The translations under genes were made by a program, and so were the position numbers. Positions 14,461 to 28,097 of a stretch of 64,000 nt of DNA are shown here, piece after piece. The notes beneath the pieces are model-generated. The model had not been told where the DNA came from. It did no database searches and was given only the letters and a program-made list of their open reading frames with translations. The stretch's first letter is position 1. The number at the start of each line of letters is the position of its first letter. This stretch comes from Bigelowiella natans CCMP2755. Taxonomy: Eukaryota > Protista > Cercozoa. Location: assembly GCA_000320545.1 (NCBI GenBank), contig ADNK01001129.1, positions 1-64,000 of the forward strand, in the 5' to 3' direction.

Positions 14461-15562
14461 CTTTTTTTCGTTACTAAGTCAGCAACTACTTGCTCAAAAT
14501 TACGTCTAACTAGTGATGGTATACTCGAATGAAATATACTTGCTGTGGTTATCATTCAAAAGATTGTACTGGAGACAGTGAAGCTGTACACAAAGCTCCG
14601 CTCACTGATGCTTCCTAGGAATAACCTTACAGAGGTGTTGAGAGAGTGTTTGCATGTTGTGTACGAAAGAAGAGAAGAGAAGAGAGAGGGGAGAGAGAGA
14701 GAGAGAGAACACAGGAACAAAAGAGCACACATATTTATGTATTCGCTCAAAATTTACATCTGCAGATGGCATGAATAGGTGGATACGAGGCATATGACTG
14801 CAACCTTCTATTCGATATACATAGGTTCCATGGCTGCCGTCCACGTTGGAGAGCCTGAACTTAAGTCACAATAAGATCAAAAAAATAGAAGGCTTAGGGG
14901 TTCGTACGCGTCATTTTTAAGTGTGTGTGTGTATGTGTGTGTGTGTGTGTCTTCTCAAGTTTAAAGACAGCGCTAAAAACGCCCCCCCCCACCCACTGAG
15001 CGAGTCGTTGTCGTCTTCAATAACGGGCGATAAACTGAGATGAAAACAAGTAAAATGTATGGTCTTTCCAGGGTCTGACGAACCTTCTGAACTTGGACAT
15101 GTCGTACAATGAGATATCGCTGATTGACGGTAGTACACACCACGCACAAGCTCCATCTGACTACGAAGATCACTTCGCGTGCTGCTCTCCAGTCCTGCCC
15201 TTCTCAAGAAAATCACGTCTGATTCGTCCCGCATTCCTCCCTCACCCACTTCTCTCGGTATCTAGGTTTGATGGAGCAACACCTCTTAGAAGCTCTTGAT
15301 CTCAGCTACAACAAAATCACAGTGGTCACGAATCTAGGACACTTACAGGCACTACATAGCTTGAAGCTCGTGCATAACCAAATCCCGGCAGTGAATGCGA
15401 TATCAAGCCTCAAAGTCAACCCGCGCTTGGAACGGCTCTGGCTGCGTGAAAATCCAATAATGGACAGCAGCGAGGATGTAATACTGAGAGGACAAACTGA
15501 ATCATTTTCATGAAAAATATGACCATCGTATGCTAGTATGGATAAAGCGTCTCTCTCTCTCG

Positions 15563-15593
<31 letters not shown>

Positions 15594-18500
15594 CTTGTGT
15601 GACACACACACATACACACACGCACAAATCATCATCATCATCATCATCCTTACTATCACCGTCTCCAAAACAGATCAAGGATAGCGTCCTTACTACTCTC
15701 CTCGGCCTCAAATTTCTCGACGGCGATTTAGAAGCGGACCGACGCGCCCTTGAGCAAAAGGGAGGAGTAGTAGATCTCGAAAAAACGATTGAGCTGAACA
15801 ACAATGACGGCGATGAAGATAGGACCGATGGCTACGCGCGTATGATGGACATACCGAAGCTCGACGTGGGTATAGTGAGAAGGAAGAAATCTGGTGGAGG
15901 CAAGAAATCTTCGAGGGGGAAAGCGCTGCCACCGCTGCGATCTACGGCATCTCCTAGAATTTCTAAGACCAAGTCGGGCCGTGCCAAGCGTGCGACCAAC
16001 AATACGCGTTCCGCTCCCAAGAAGCGCAGCAGCAACGTTGGAGGTAATAAATCAAAACATGATAATAATACTAGACGAACGTATGAGAGCAATACTAACA
16101 GGGCCAGCAGCAGCACATATGATGCACGAGTAGAAAGAAGAGGGGGGGGATGAGGAGGATAACGGAATGAGAAGGAACGAACTTTTTACATCCCCCCCCC
16201 CCCCCCTGCTTTTCCCCTAGGGTCCAGCCGCATAGGAAGGCGTACAACGAAGTCGACAACGAAGGCCCGTCGCTTCGGCAAAAGCAAATCCGTATTCAAT
16301 CGGCTCTCCAAGTCCACCACGTTGTCCACGCGAGCTAAAAAGGAGCATGCGTACATGAAGAGGCAATCCGTGGAGAAGAAGAAAAAGGAGTCATGGCAGA
16401 ACCGCTTTGCGTTTGGCCCCCCTCCAACAGCGAACAAGACCCGTGCGATACGGATCCCGAGCGCTCGAAAGTACACACGCACCACACCCCTCTCCAACTC
16501 TTACACGCCCGACTTCGTCCCCGGGAAGAAGGGTCAGTATAATAATAAGAACAAGGGACCTCCGAAGCCCATGTCGCCCAAATCCGCCGCCATTTCCTTC
16601 TGGAACAGCAGGAAGACGGCCGCCCCCAACAGGGGGGGGGCCAAATCTACCTCGCCCACTTATTTGGGAGGTGCCGTGCGAATACCACTGCCTGGCACGG
16701 CGGGGATAAAGAAAAGCGTACGACACGTCTCCCCACGTAAGCTAAGGGAAGCGGCATCATCCAGCAACGAATGGAAGGAGAATCCGAAGAGCATGAGCGG
16801 CAATCCTAGGAAAAAAGTAAACCAATCCATGTCCAACTGTATGCTGCTTCACATCGGACTTTTGAGCAGCCTGAAGATCAATTTCCGTCTTCGTTGTCAT
16901 CGTCATCATCGTCGCTGTACTCATACTCATTCCCATCATCAGTTGTCTTCTCTCGGTCATCAGCACGGTATCATGTCTTTTACTATTATTTTTTTTTTTA
17001 TCATTCCAGGCTCTCGACAACACGTGGGTAGACGAACTGGACCTCTCGAGTCAGAAGGGCATCAAGCGCATCATCAAGAACCTCAACGAAAAGATCAACA
17101 AGTTGTACAACTGGCACCTGGTAGAGATCGACCTAGTCGCGAAGCAGCAGTTGCAGCTGAACACAATGAAGGCCGAGCTGGACACCGCACGTCGGAAGCT
17201 GGGGGGACAAGAAAAGGACGGCGGAGGGTCTCTAGGAGCAGTAACATCATCGTCCACGTATCTCCACACACCGGGTGCAACGACTACAGAGAGAGAAAGA
17301 AAAAGCCCTTACAACGCCAATGAAGACGACTCGAAATCGCGGAGGAATAAGAGCGACATCAAGGGCGGAGGCGCGGCGGCCGATTTGGTATTGGATTCCT
17401 TTGGTCCGCCACCTCAGCCACCCCCACAGAATGAGGCCTCCAAGACTTCCCAAAGTAGTACTTAGTGAGTGAGTTGCCAGCCCCCCTCTCTTGAAATTGT
17501 ATCAAGCGGTTGTTGCTATTGTAGTTAGATGTTTTACTGTCGTTGCTATTAGTTTTGCTGCCAGTTGTAGTAATAGCAGCAGCAGTCACTCCTCTCCCTC
17601 TACATATCATAATCATCCTCTGACTTCTAATGAATCTCAAAGCAGACTTCTTGGAAGACGACCCGAACGCCCCTGAGATTTCCGTCAACTCTGTGTCTGT
17701 GGAAGAATCGAAGCAGCCACCGCTCGAGCTGCCTCCGGCAGTGGACAAGTCCGAAAGAAACAGAGAACGATAAAATGCGGGGGGGGGTGGTTGGGTGGGT
17801 GGGGGAGAGGTTTCAGAGAGACTTATTCGGTGGAGCCCAATTGGTGCGTATCAACCTCTGAAATTTATGAAATGGAATGGACAATCAGGTGGGCCAGGGC
17901 ACTTGTGGATGAGATCGAGACGTCACGCATGTCGCTCCAGCACCTCATCACCCTAAGCTCTTACAAAGGCAGCGATTTCCCCGGGAAGCTGAGGGATTTG
18001 AAGAAGGTGCGCACTCGCGTGAATTATTCGTCGTGCAATAAAAGGGAGCGGGGATTCGACGAGACTGTCATTTTCAGCCCATTTTGGTTTCAAGAGCCCG
18101 TATAGTTGTTTGTGCTAGGACAGCAGGGAGATGTCAGCAGCGATGCACGTTGGCGATTTATTTGCTACGATTCTCGGGTAGTGCTGTTGCCGTATAGCTG
18201 AAGTATTTCTTCTTTCCTTCTTCTTCTTCTTATTACAAAGGTGTTTGATCACTGCGACGTCATGCAGCAGTATCGCCTCATCGAGCCCGTGCAACGATTC
18301 CTCACAGAGCATTCTGAGTACTGACCCCATACATACACACATAGATACATACGTAGATACATGCACACAAACCTACTCACACGTATCCGAGCCATACATC
18401 TCATCGTATATCATGCACTAGCAACTACCATAACATTCTCCTCCTCTTTCCTAACCTAAAAGGTACATGCGGAACTACGTGACACGGTGCCTTCAAAGAC

Positions 18501-18856
18501 TATCCAGTACAAAGACGACCTTGCAAACGTTCTATTCGCTCATGGAGGAAGTCGGGCCGAAAAGTCAATACGTCTCCCAGATCAGAACTAAGATTCTCTC
18601 CTCTGGCCTGTTAAATGAGGTGGTGTGAATATCCGTCCGTCCGTCAGAAGAAAATCGTGAGCTCATCATATAGATTATTATGTACTGGTGTTTGTGTATG
18701 TTTGTGCATGTGTGTTTAGATCTGACCCTTCTCAATATCAACTTGTGTTCAGTCTCGATCTCCATATGACGTGCTCACTCGCCGCACGGTGGCCAAGATA
18801 CGCCCAGCAGAAATCAATTCGGAAGGTAAACCAAGATTTCCAATTATGCCTCCACA

Positions 18857-18896
<40 letters not shown>

Positions 18897-19078
18897 CTCA
18901 CTCACATACAGAACATATGCTCTGCACATACATGCAAAGCATGATAGAGAAATGTGTATATCTTTGATATCATCTGTAGTAATCGGGTCCTCCTAAGCGA
19001 ACTATGGACCCCGAGGACATTGAGGAGCACGATGGTTTCTCACCATCGTTCGCAATGAGTAGATTAGTATCAAGATAG
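12789..19078 (+). CDS. Leucine-rich-repeat protein (SDS22-like LRRs + LRR cap) with acidic N-terminus and basic/coiled-coil C-terminus
   Basis: MSEFEVTQDELDNLDDLL start. LxxLxLxxNxI repeats: LRSLMLPRNNL, LESLNLSHNKIKKIEGL, LLNLDMSYNEI, LEALDLSYNKI, LHSLKLVHNQI, LERLWLRENPI. Cap LLGLKFLDG. The 3' end is approximate. Confidence 0.8.
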
Positions 19079-19675
19079 TAGCAGCAGCCGGTCACTCGAA
19101 TGCTTGTTTTCTAGAGTATCAAACGTAAGTGCGTAACACTCGAGGTTAAATCCCTTAAAATGTGTTTGTCCTCTAGTTGGTCGCTGCTTCTATAATCGTG
19201 TGTATGTAATGTGTACGAAATTGTTTATTATCCATCTGTAGAAAAATCACTCTCAGATAAAGCACTTGCAGGTTCTCATCATCATGATCCCATTCATGCA
19301 CACGTGCTATGTGGCTAGCGTGGCAGCGGCGCACAAATAATAACAATGTGTGGCTGCTCTTGCTACGAACGCCTTTAGCACGACTACGGCTAGAGCTGTG
19401 CTGTCCTGCTTAGCTGAATCATCCAATTTTTCGTCATGTAATCTGTTTGGTTTCAATGCTATGATGGGTGCTGATGACCAACGACTTGAATGACGGATGG
19501 CTTGCATTGTGCCTGTTGATTGGTGCTTCGGAGGAAAATATGCGTTGCGTTGAGTGTTTGTTGAAAAGATTATAGACACAGTAATGGCATATATGCCATA
19601 TCAGTAATAGCATATATATTATATATATGATATTACATGTCTATTATAATATGAAGTTGTGCATATCAATGAGTT

Positions 19676-20450
19676 TTGCAAACAATTGGCGCATCGCAGC
19701 TAGCACACACACACATGCCATTGTCATTTCATTTGCGATTCACTTTGCGAACGATTGGCCTAGAAAACAATGATTGCTTGTTTGCACCTGCTTGTCAAAA
19801 TTGCGAACAAACGCCCACTGTTGTCCACCCGCCGCGCCTCACGACGGGCTGTGAGGCAACAACTTCTGATATACGTGCCACGGAAATTGCGCTTGCGAAC
19901 ACAGAGTTTGGAATGACAAATGAAAGCAAGGGAATGAGGGAATGTTGTTCCACATGTTGAAGCTGTGGTGGGATTGTGAGAAGAGGAAATCAAAGATTGG
20001 TGCTTTTACAGATGCAAAAATCACCTTTATTGCGCATGATGCAACACACGGAGGAGCATTATGAGCCCATGGAACGGTTGCGGTCAGTTCATGCAACGTC
20101 AAGAGCACCTCGTCTTCAACAGAGAGGTGAAGCATCTGAGATGTCATTCCATTTTCTGCAACAATGTCAAAATTCCCATGTGTTGTGCACATGCACAGTC
20201 AGTCCATTGCAACAGCACGCATGTTAGCAAAATTGTTTGTGAATGCAGTTTGCACGTCTGATCGATGTTGCGCGCACTTTTGAGGCAACAAACATGTTTC
20301 AAATGTGCACAGTGATGCATGCTGTGCATTTTTAAGTAGCGTGCGTATATTGCTTTGCACTGCTCATTCCATTGCTGTGGTTGCGTGATGCCTTGATCTA
20401 CAAGATTGTGTGCGTTTGTTGTTCATGCGTACATCGATCGGTCCAGGGCT
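19676..20450. pseudogene. TpA-depleted relic sequence, probably a decayed gene fragment
   Basis: About 8 TpA in 19681-20280 by hand count, with TG/CA excess. The minus strand has coding-looking His/Cys-rich text (ORF 19839-20192). Confidence 0.5.
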
Positions 20451-20536
20451 AAAAAGGCTTTCATGTAATAAAGTTAACATTCAATGGCCGTAGGAGCTCA
20501 CATCCTCTTTCAATTAATTTTCCGAGTCATTTCATT

Positions 20537-20585
20537 GTGAAACGGATGTAGTGAATGTGTTAAATTCTTTCAACTGTCATCCTCT
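20537..20585 (+). mobile_element. degenerate left TIR of the MITE family
   Basis: TGTGAAACGGATGTAGTGAATGTGTTAAATTCTTTCAACTGTCATCC versus TATGAGACGGATGTAATGAAATGTTTAAATTTTTCAATTGTCAACC at 49776. Confidence 0.65.
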
Positions 20586-20759
20586 GCATGTATATTATGG
20601 ATACTAATCGTCGTCGCCGCCTCGATCTAGCTAGGGTCTCAAGTCCATGACCGCTTAACATATATAGTCTACTTGTTACTAGTGCAGAACACCGTTAACT
20701 CATCACATAATAAGAGCGTTCACAGCAATATCATCGATGCTTAATTTCTCGATCATCTG

Positions 20760-21905
20760 TTACACATTATCTGCAGAAGGGCGGAGGAGGTAGTAGTACT
20801 CATAAATCGCAATTGGTCGGCCCTAAGGAATCGTATGCACATTGCAGCAACAAAGTTAGCTTTCTCTTTCGCGAGAGGAGAAATTAAATCGAGCTCCTCC
20901 CCCCCCCCGGTCATAGGAAACAAAATCCAGTATACAAATAAAGAAGGCTATGTCCAACAGTTCGGAAAAGACCCCCCCCCCCCCCCCTCGCATTACGTTG
21001 GCCTCGCTGTACAAAGCCTCGTCGGTATCCGGATTTGCGAACGCCGCTATTCGCTGTCGGCTGAGGATGTTCCCGTCCCTACGATGGTGTTGATGATTCC
21101 AATGATGATTGTTGGTTACGGCAGTGGCAACGACAACGAAATGGTGAACATGTGTAAGATATTGAGAGTGGAAATTAGGGGTAGATGTAAAAGCTAAGAT
21201 GTGACGAGAGGAGAAGGTCATGGAGGCAAACGCCTGTTTGCTTGCAACGTGGATGGATGATGGTCTCTCTCTTGGGCATGTGCATCCAGCGACATATTTC
21301 AATAAAACAAGTTTCAGGATGCACGAAATCACTCAATCATGATTTTGCATATATCATCATCCTCAGCAGTTCATCATGATCATCATCTTCTTTGACGAAT
21401 ATAATGAGGTGGGTATTCCTACTTCCTCCTCTCGTAAGATCGAACGTGCCGATATCGTGTCACGAGCTGCTGCTCCACGTTTTCCTGCTCGACGTTTTCT
21501 CCAATCACGTATGTATCTTCGGAATCAAGAAAGCACAAAAGGGGAGAGGGAGGGGGGGGGGGGGGGGGGTAGACATGTTCATTAGGAACGATGCAGTTTG
21601 AAGCAATGATTGGGATAACATCGGTCGGTTGTTTTGCCCATTCCCCTGCTGCTCTCTGTTGTTCTCTGCTGCTACAATTGCAAGCGTGCTGCACACCAGG
21701 ATTGAGGAGAAAGCCTTCGGTGGAAATGAAGCTCATCGCCATCCCCTGCCCGACCTGAGAGCGGAAAAGAAGAAGAAACGAAGGACAAGAGGAGACAGGG
21801 TTAGCGAAGAGACACTGAAGCTTCTACTGGTGCGGGTAGGTAGTACCTCCTTGTACCTCTTGGTTGGACCAGTATACTCCACGATGAACTAAGGTGATGA
21901 TGATG

Positions 21906-21936
<31 letters not shown>

Positions 21937-21967
21937 TGATGACGATAATAATAATTGGTGGTGATGA

Positions 21968-22001
<34 letters not shown>

Positions 22002-22048
22002 GGTAATGATGTACGATCATGACCATCAATAGAGAGTGCAACAAACAT

Positions 22049-22089
<41 letters not shown>

Positions 22090-22093
22090 GAGA

Positions 22094-22128
<35 letters not shown>

Positions 22129-24038
22129 GCACACAGACAGCACCTTTGGATACGAGTTGGAGGATGAAGATGAAGATGACGATGACGACGGCTTCCTAAT
22201 ATTGGCGCTGACGAGCTCAGCCTCTGGCCAGAATGCGCGGAGACTCGAGCCCATATTGAATTCCTAAGGCAGAATATCAATCATCACCAATCGCAATTCG
22301 TTCATAGTCATACCAAATGGTCATCGTCTTCACGGTGTAAGTGCTACCCAGTCTGGCTCAACGGTCTTTATCGGAGGGGCGGCGTCGGTGCTAGCAGCAG
22401 CAGCAGCAGGATTGTCACTCGTCATGATGAATCTCTGCAAGAAGTTCCGTGCGTTGCTTCCGACGTTTGGCATGGGTCCACAACTCATCCTTCGTGCGCC
22501 TTGTATCATGCATTCGGGGGTAAGAGCGGAGGAAGAAAAGGGGGAGGGCGGGGAAGGTAACACAAGAATCAGGATGACCACACAAACAATCATACTATCT
22601 TTTAATTTAACTGTCGCCGCGTCGCTGCGTGCATCAACAGAACAAGCACCTGCCAGGCTCATGGTGAGCTTGCTGCGACCAAGAGGAAATTCTGCCGTCG
22701 AAAACTTGGCCCGCACATCCCAGGTACCTGGCAAATATAGCTGTCATATCCCGATCTCCTCTCCGTCACAAAGACGACGGAAGAAGAATCATGACGTTTT
22801 GTTCTTTCTTGCTCGTTTGGCTCGACTTCAATTACGACCAAGAGAGTGAGGTATTTGCGGGGTAGATTTGTGTTGAATCGATGTTGCTGCGTAGCATCAC
22901 CTTCAAGCCAAGAGGGATACGGATCGTGTGCTGGTGTCTTTAACGCCGACTCATCGTTTGCTCTGGGATGGGTATGATTTCGACAGCTTTCGTCATTCGA
23001 TCCATGAGCCATTTGGTGGGTGTCATTGATACACGCATCATGCATTGTTTTCTGTGCATATGTGTATGCATGTGTGCAATCGAGCGCAATATATGATGAC
23101 TACCAACCTCCAATCTCGGAAAGTAGTATTTTTGATGTCGGAGTATAGATCCACTGAGGGGCGGAGGGGGGAAGATACTCAGTTGCAACAGCAGCAGCAG
23201 TAGAAGCATCAATCACCGCTGTTGTAGTACGATTCGAATGAAAAAATGCATGTAAATTTTGAATTCGGCGAGTCTATGATCGCAAGATAGACTCTGTGTT
23301 TTTGCCTTTCTCCTCCTTCAAACCCCCCTTTCTCTCTGGGCTTTCCACCTCTACGAAATATCACATATGTTCGTGTGTAATGCCCCCCCCCCTCCCCTCT
23401 CCCTCTCCGATCCGTGCATCTAATTTTTTTTAAACTAAGCTTCCCCCTTCGCCCCTCCTATTAGTTTCCATATTTGGAAGCCCTTTCAATCGAAAATGAT
23501 GATACCCACACTTCGAGGAACGTTGATCCATTCACCCTTCCTGTCACTGGTGCTCATGATAGCCCTTTGGTCGTTGGCTACCTGCTGTTCCAGCACACAC
23601 AGGGCATTTGACGTCTCACATCGGCGAAGGTGCTTGTTTTGGTGTGGAAGACGTCACCAATGTGGAAGCCTACGGGGATTCACCATGTTTGAGGGGGAAA
23701 ATTGATGCAAGCTGCACATTTGGTTGTGTGGCTGCGACCTCTCCTCCACGAGCACGCCCTCCTCCAAAAGTGGCGGCATTTGTGGCCGCCACGAGACCCA
23801 ACAGCCTGTTTCCGAACAGACGACGGCTAGCGTGTCTGGACGCTTTGGGGGTGCTGACACTGCTCAAGCACGCAGACGCAGCAGGGAAAAGGTGCTGTTG
23901 CAGCAACGTGAGCACAGTCAATGCTCCGCAAGTGGCCAGGGCCACAAGCAGCAGCGACCCTCCACCCGTTGCTCTCGGCATGGGCGGGTGGCACGAATTT
24001 GCCTTTGGTGATTGATCGTGGTTGGGGGTTTCAGGCAT
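20760..24038 (-). CDS. DUF6816-family protein with a plastid/thylakoid-targeting leader
   Basis: The spliced product contains YPSWLE|GTWDVRAKFSTAEFPLG...MPNVG...FLQRF...EPDW|EFN...RQRIAAFANP...LYSEAN|GRPIAIYEYYYLLRPSADNV*, matching the cyanobacterial/algal DUF6816 pattern as I recall it. The N-terminus has a hydrophobic signal, a Ser/Arg-rich transit peptide, then RR + hydrophobic stretch. Confidence 0.7.
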
Positions 24039-24425
24039 CTCATGCTCGGCGGTTTTGCCCCGGCGTCAAGCCGGGAAAGTTGTTCTAGCGATTTCACCCA
24101 AAAGAGTGCAACTTTCACGCAAGTTTCCTCGGTGAAAAGTCGACACTTGTGATCGGTTTGGACTCGGACAAAGTGTTTGTTGCATGTGTTCCCGTATCAT
24201 CATGGCGCTCAGAATCTTTTTGTTTTGGCTTTTGATGGGGGTTCTTCTGTGGTGCTACGCTGCCCGCAGGCTAGCAGGTCTCAGCTAAAATGCGTGGCCG
24301 GTTGGATACAGACAATAACCAAAACATCCTAGATGTAATTTCCCAATGGCCAAAGGACGAGAAAACATTCTCGCAACAACAGCAACAACAACAACAACAG
24401 AACAGTAGCCGCCCCCTCCACCAAA

Positions 24426-25260
24426 ATGAAGGAGGAGGACGGAGAAATCAAGGAGGAGGAGACCCGTAGCCTGCCGAGGAAAAATAGGAACAATGATGGC
24501 AAAGAGGGTGGCAATAAAAGTTCCCGAAGTAGTAGCCGTAGTGGTAGCCGTAGTAGGAGCAGGAGCAGTAGCACAGGGCGGCGTAGCAGCCGCAGCTCAA
24601 GTAGTGGTAGGAAAAGCCGAGGAAGGCGGGAGAGGAGGCGCGGGGGGAGGAGAAGAAGGTCTCCTGAACGGAGGAGGTCTTCGTCTCGGTATAATAGAAT
24701 GAGGAGGGATAGGAGAAAGAGTGGAGGAGGAGGAGGAGGAGGAAGAAGAAGCAAAAGGGAGAGCCGAAGCCGCAGCAGCAGCAGCAGCAGCAGCAGTTGC
24801 CACTTCAATGAAAACAGGGGGCGTGAACGGTCGGCTCGTGCCACCCGGAAAGAGACTTCACGGGATCGAACTTCGAGAGGGAGAAACGATGACGTTTCTG
24901 CTTCAAGAAGAGGCGGAAACAATGCATCTCATCGTCATGAACGGCACTCCTCCCTTGGCAAAAACCGACGTTCAGAAAAAGCACGAATACGAAAAAATTC
25001 TGGAGGCCCATCCTCTTCTTCGTCTTCACGACGTGGTTTTATAGCCAAAAGACAAAAGGCATCATCATCATCAACGTCAACTGGAGTTCCAGGTATCTTC
25101 ATGTGCTGCTAGAAATGTGCGTTCGCCTCACCCGTGTTCTTATTTGGTCTATTGCTGGCACCAGAGTGGCTGAAGAGAGCCATGATCGATAAGAAACGCG
25201 ACGATGCGGAGCAAGAAAAGCTGGCGAAAACAAAGGAGGTCTGTCTCAAAAACGCAAACA

Positions 25261-25293
<33 letters not shown>

Positions 25294-25311
25294 CGTGCAC
25301 ATGTACACAAG

Positions 25312-25364
<53 letters not shown>

Positions 25365-25659
25365 CAGAGGAGAGAAATAAATGCAGTATGGTAAATAGAG
25401 TGTTGATACAGCGCTTTTTTCTAGATGCAAGCCAAAATTGAAAAGCAGCGAGAGCTAGCGGGAGTAGCAGAGAAAGCCAGTGACGATGAAGACAAGATTC
25501 CTGGGGTCACCTTTGATGACAGTGTAGCAGAAGTTGACGTCAAGTTCGACTACGCCGATTGGGTTAGGCATGAGCAATATAGATACTGGCACATGATCCT
25601 CTCGCTAAATATGACATTTATTTTTACATATGTGCATGTATATATATAATATGTATATA

Positions 25660-25701
<42 letters not shown>

Positions 25702-26237
25702 TATTTTTTTATAGAAACGAAATGCTGCCTTTGCTGACTATTGGGGGGCAGGGGCAGTCTAAAACAATGCTTATTGTTTTCATCATAATAGTCACTTCAT
25801 CCTTTATACCGTAATCTTAGGTTGTGGAGCTTGAACCTGTGCAGAAGCAAACTATGGCAGTGTTGCTCGAGCACCTTGGTGTCGAATCCTTGGCTCTGAG
25901 AGATCTTGGGAAGAAAGAAACGGTAGCTGCGCTGAAGAAAGTGTGCGCCGAGAAGTCCATCCGTACGTCCGTGAGAAAGGCGATTTTGGAACTCTACAGC
26001 CTCATCAATAGGAAACGGGCTTCAATTTTGGCGAAAAAGCAGGCAGCTGCTAGAATGAAGGAGGACAACAAGTTGATGCAGGAGAAGGAAGCTGCAGCTG
26101 GAGAGGCCACCTCCCGGAACGCACAACGAAAAAGGCAGCGAGAAGTGTTGGAAGCATTTGCCAAAAACCGAGGAGGGCAGGGAAAGATGGTGAAGCACAA
26201 GTTGAACACGAAACGTCTTCCGAAATTGTTCTCATAG
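24426..26237 (+). CDS. RS/Arg-Ser-rich, probably nuclear protein with a helical C-terminal domain
   Basis: Exons about 24426-25092, 25165-25238, 25425-25562, 25821-26237. MKEEDGEI start, SR-dipeptide-rich region, ends ...NTKRLPKLFS*. Confidence 0.7.
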
Positions 26238-26644
26238 TCACACGCGGCGTTGCGGTGGAGTGAGAGCGCGGGCAACGACGATAAAATAGTAGAAAATATT
26301 GAATACTAGGATCATTTTGCAATTTACATCTTAATGTATATATGTAGCTATGTATCTAGACATGTAGATCTTTCGTACTAAGGCACATAGCTGCTCATAT
26401 AATTGCTGCATTCATGCATCGCAAAGCGTGATTGTGAGTGCCGCTGCAATCGTCTCGAATAATGATATGTTTAAAAAAAATTAAGGAGCCCATCAGACTC
26501 TGTGTAAATTTACAGCATGTCTAGACACATGTTATATTACATATTTGTTTGGCATACGGCTACAAAATGTACAGTCAGTATACATCGAGCGCTGCTGGAT
26601 CCTGTGTAGTACCAGTAGTAGCAAATTTTGTGGAAGTGCCGCAA

Positions 26645-26862
26645 TATATCTGACGGATTTTATGAATAAATTAATTTTTTTCAATGGTCATCCCAATGTA
26701 GCTATGCAAAGCAGCAATATGTGGAGCACGCAGTGCAGAGTAGTATGAAGTCATCATTCCCACCCCGCCACATGGCATGCACTAGCGCTGTAGCCGCTGC
26801 ATTGCACTGCTACATAAGAATGACTATTGAACAAATTGGATTGATTGATTACATCCGTCTAG
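26645..26862. mobile_element. complete short MITE (~215 bp) with paired TIRs
   Basis: Left arm 26645-26716 (TGACGGATTTTATGAA...GGTCATCCCAATGTAGCTATGCAAAGCAGC). Right arm 26785-26862 (GCGCTGTAGCCGCTGCATTGCACTGCTACATAAGAATGAC...TTACATCCGTCT) is the reverse complement of the family TIR. Confidence 0.75.
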
Positions 26863-27026
26863 CTTACATGGCATCTAGAATCTAATTGTGCATCGATCTT
26901 GTCACGCAGGCTAGCAGGGGTCTACATAGAATAGTTAGAGCGTGCAGTAAGCATTGTGGCATAGTACTCTGAATACGTGGTACGCATATACATGCTATCT
27001 ATAAAAATGGAAGCAATTACAACATA

Positions 27027-27122
27027 AGCGCGGTGGCTGCAGGATTGCTAGATTGCACAGCTACACTTACAGAAGGATGACGAACGAAAAGATTTAATCA
27101 CTTCATTACATTCATCATATAT
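27027..27122 (-). mobile_element. additional right TIR of the MITE family
   Basis: GCGCGGTGGCTGC...TTGCACAGCTACA...AGGATGAC...AAAAGATTTAATCACTTCATTACA...CATAT is the reverse complement of the 3397 copy, with small insertions. Confidence 0.65.
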
Positions 27123-27410
27123 GCTATGTATGTAGCCCAGCACTAAAAATAATAAATGCAGCTATGCCCGAACTACTTGCGTGGTAGAACATCAACTGAG
27201 CTATGTGTATTGTACTACGGCGGTATGTCGGAACCTGCCACTGATACGCTAGTTTACTAACTGGGCCTCTCTAGCTCTGATGATGCTGTGGCTATTAGCA
27301 TTGTTGGTACGTACAACATACTGCATGCATTGATGCAGTTATGTAACAAATTCTATTCGAGGGTATCCTAATAGTTTGGCTCGCGTCGTTGAGATGTTGC
27401 TGCCACGTTC

Positions 27411-28050
27411 TATCTGGGAGGATGTTTTGGCCTGGAAGATTTGGGCTTTGACCCTCCTCCTTTCCTACGGGCCTTTTTGACGAGCAGTGCAAAAGTCAAA
27501 CAGCTTGGTTGTTTCGCATGATGCGGCAGCATTTGTGCAGTCGGAGACTACTCATAGATGCGTGTAGCGGTGAGTGACTAAGTAAGTAGTAGTAGTTGTA
27601 GTAGTAGTAGTAGTAGTGGAAATGGTGGTGTGTTGAGCAAACTACCCCCGTGCACATGGCCAATCCGTCAGATCCTACCAAGGCTCCCAGCAGCGAGGAC
27701 AGTATACCTTAGCACAGTGACAATGGTGACGACGATGACGATGATGACGATGACAATGGCGGTGATGATAGTGTGGATTGGGTTCGAAGCGTCGGGCAAG
27801 GCTCGTGAGTTTGTTGACCAGACGGTGATGGGACGAAAAATGATTTGTTCGGGATGAATGGATGGATAGATGGATCTCTCCAAGTTAAAAATGCTGAGAG
27901 AGAAGGTGAGATCGCTGATGACTGGTATTCCCCGTTAGCGCTGTATCTTGGGGCAGAGGTTGGAGTGGTGGTTTGCAGTTAGCATTGCTACCTTGGGGCT
28001 TCCGTGGCTGTCTCGGCACGATTGGTCGCTGAAACACGAATTGACTCGTC

Positions 28051-28097
<47 letters not shown>

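Noticed and set aside
19676-20450. CpG-methylation decay as the cause of the TG/CA excess
   Set aside because: CpG remains common in these tracts while TpA is the missing dinucleotide.
26645-27122. Recurring ~80-bp motif as a CRISPR array or structured ncRNA
   Set aside because: Eukaryotic context, dispersed inverted pairs, no regular repeat-spacer periodicity and no cas genes.
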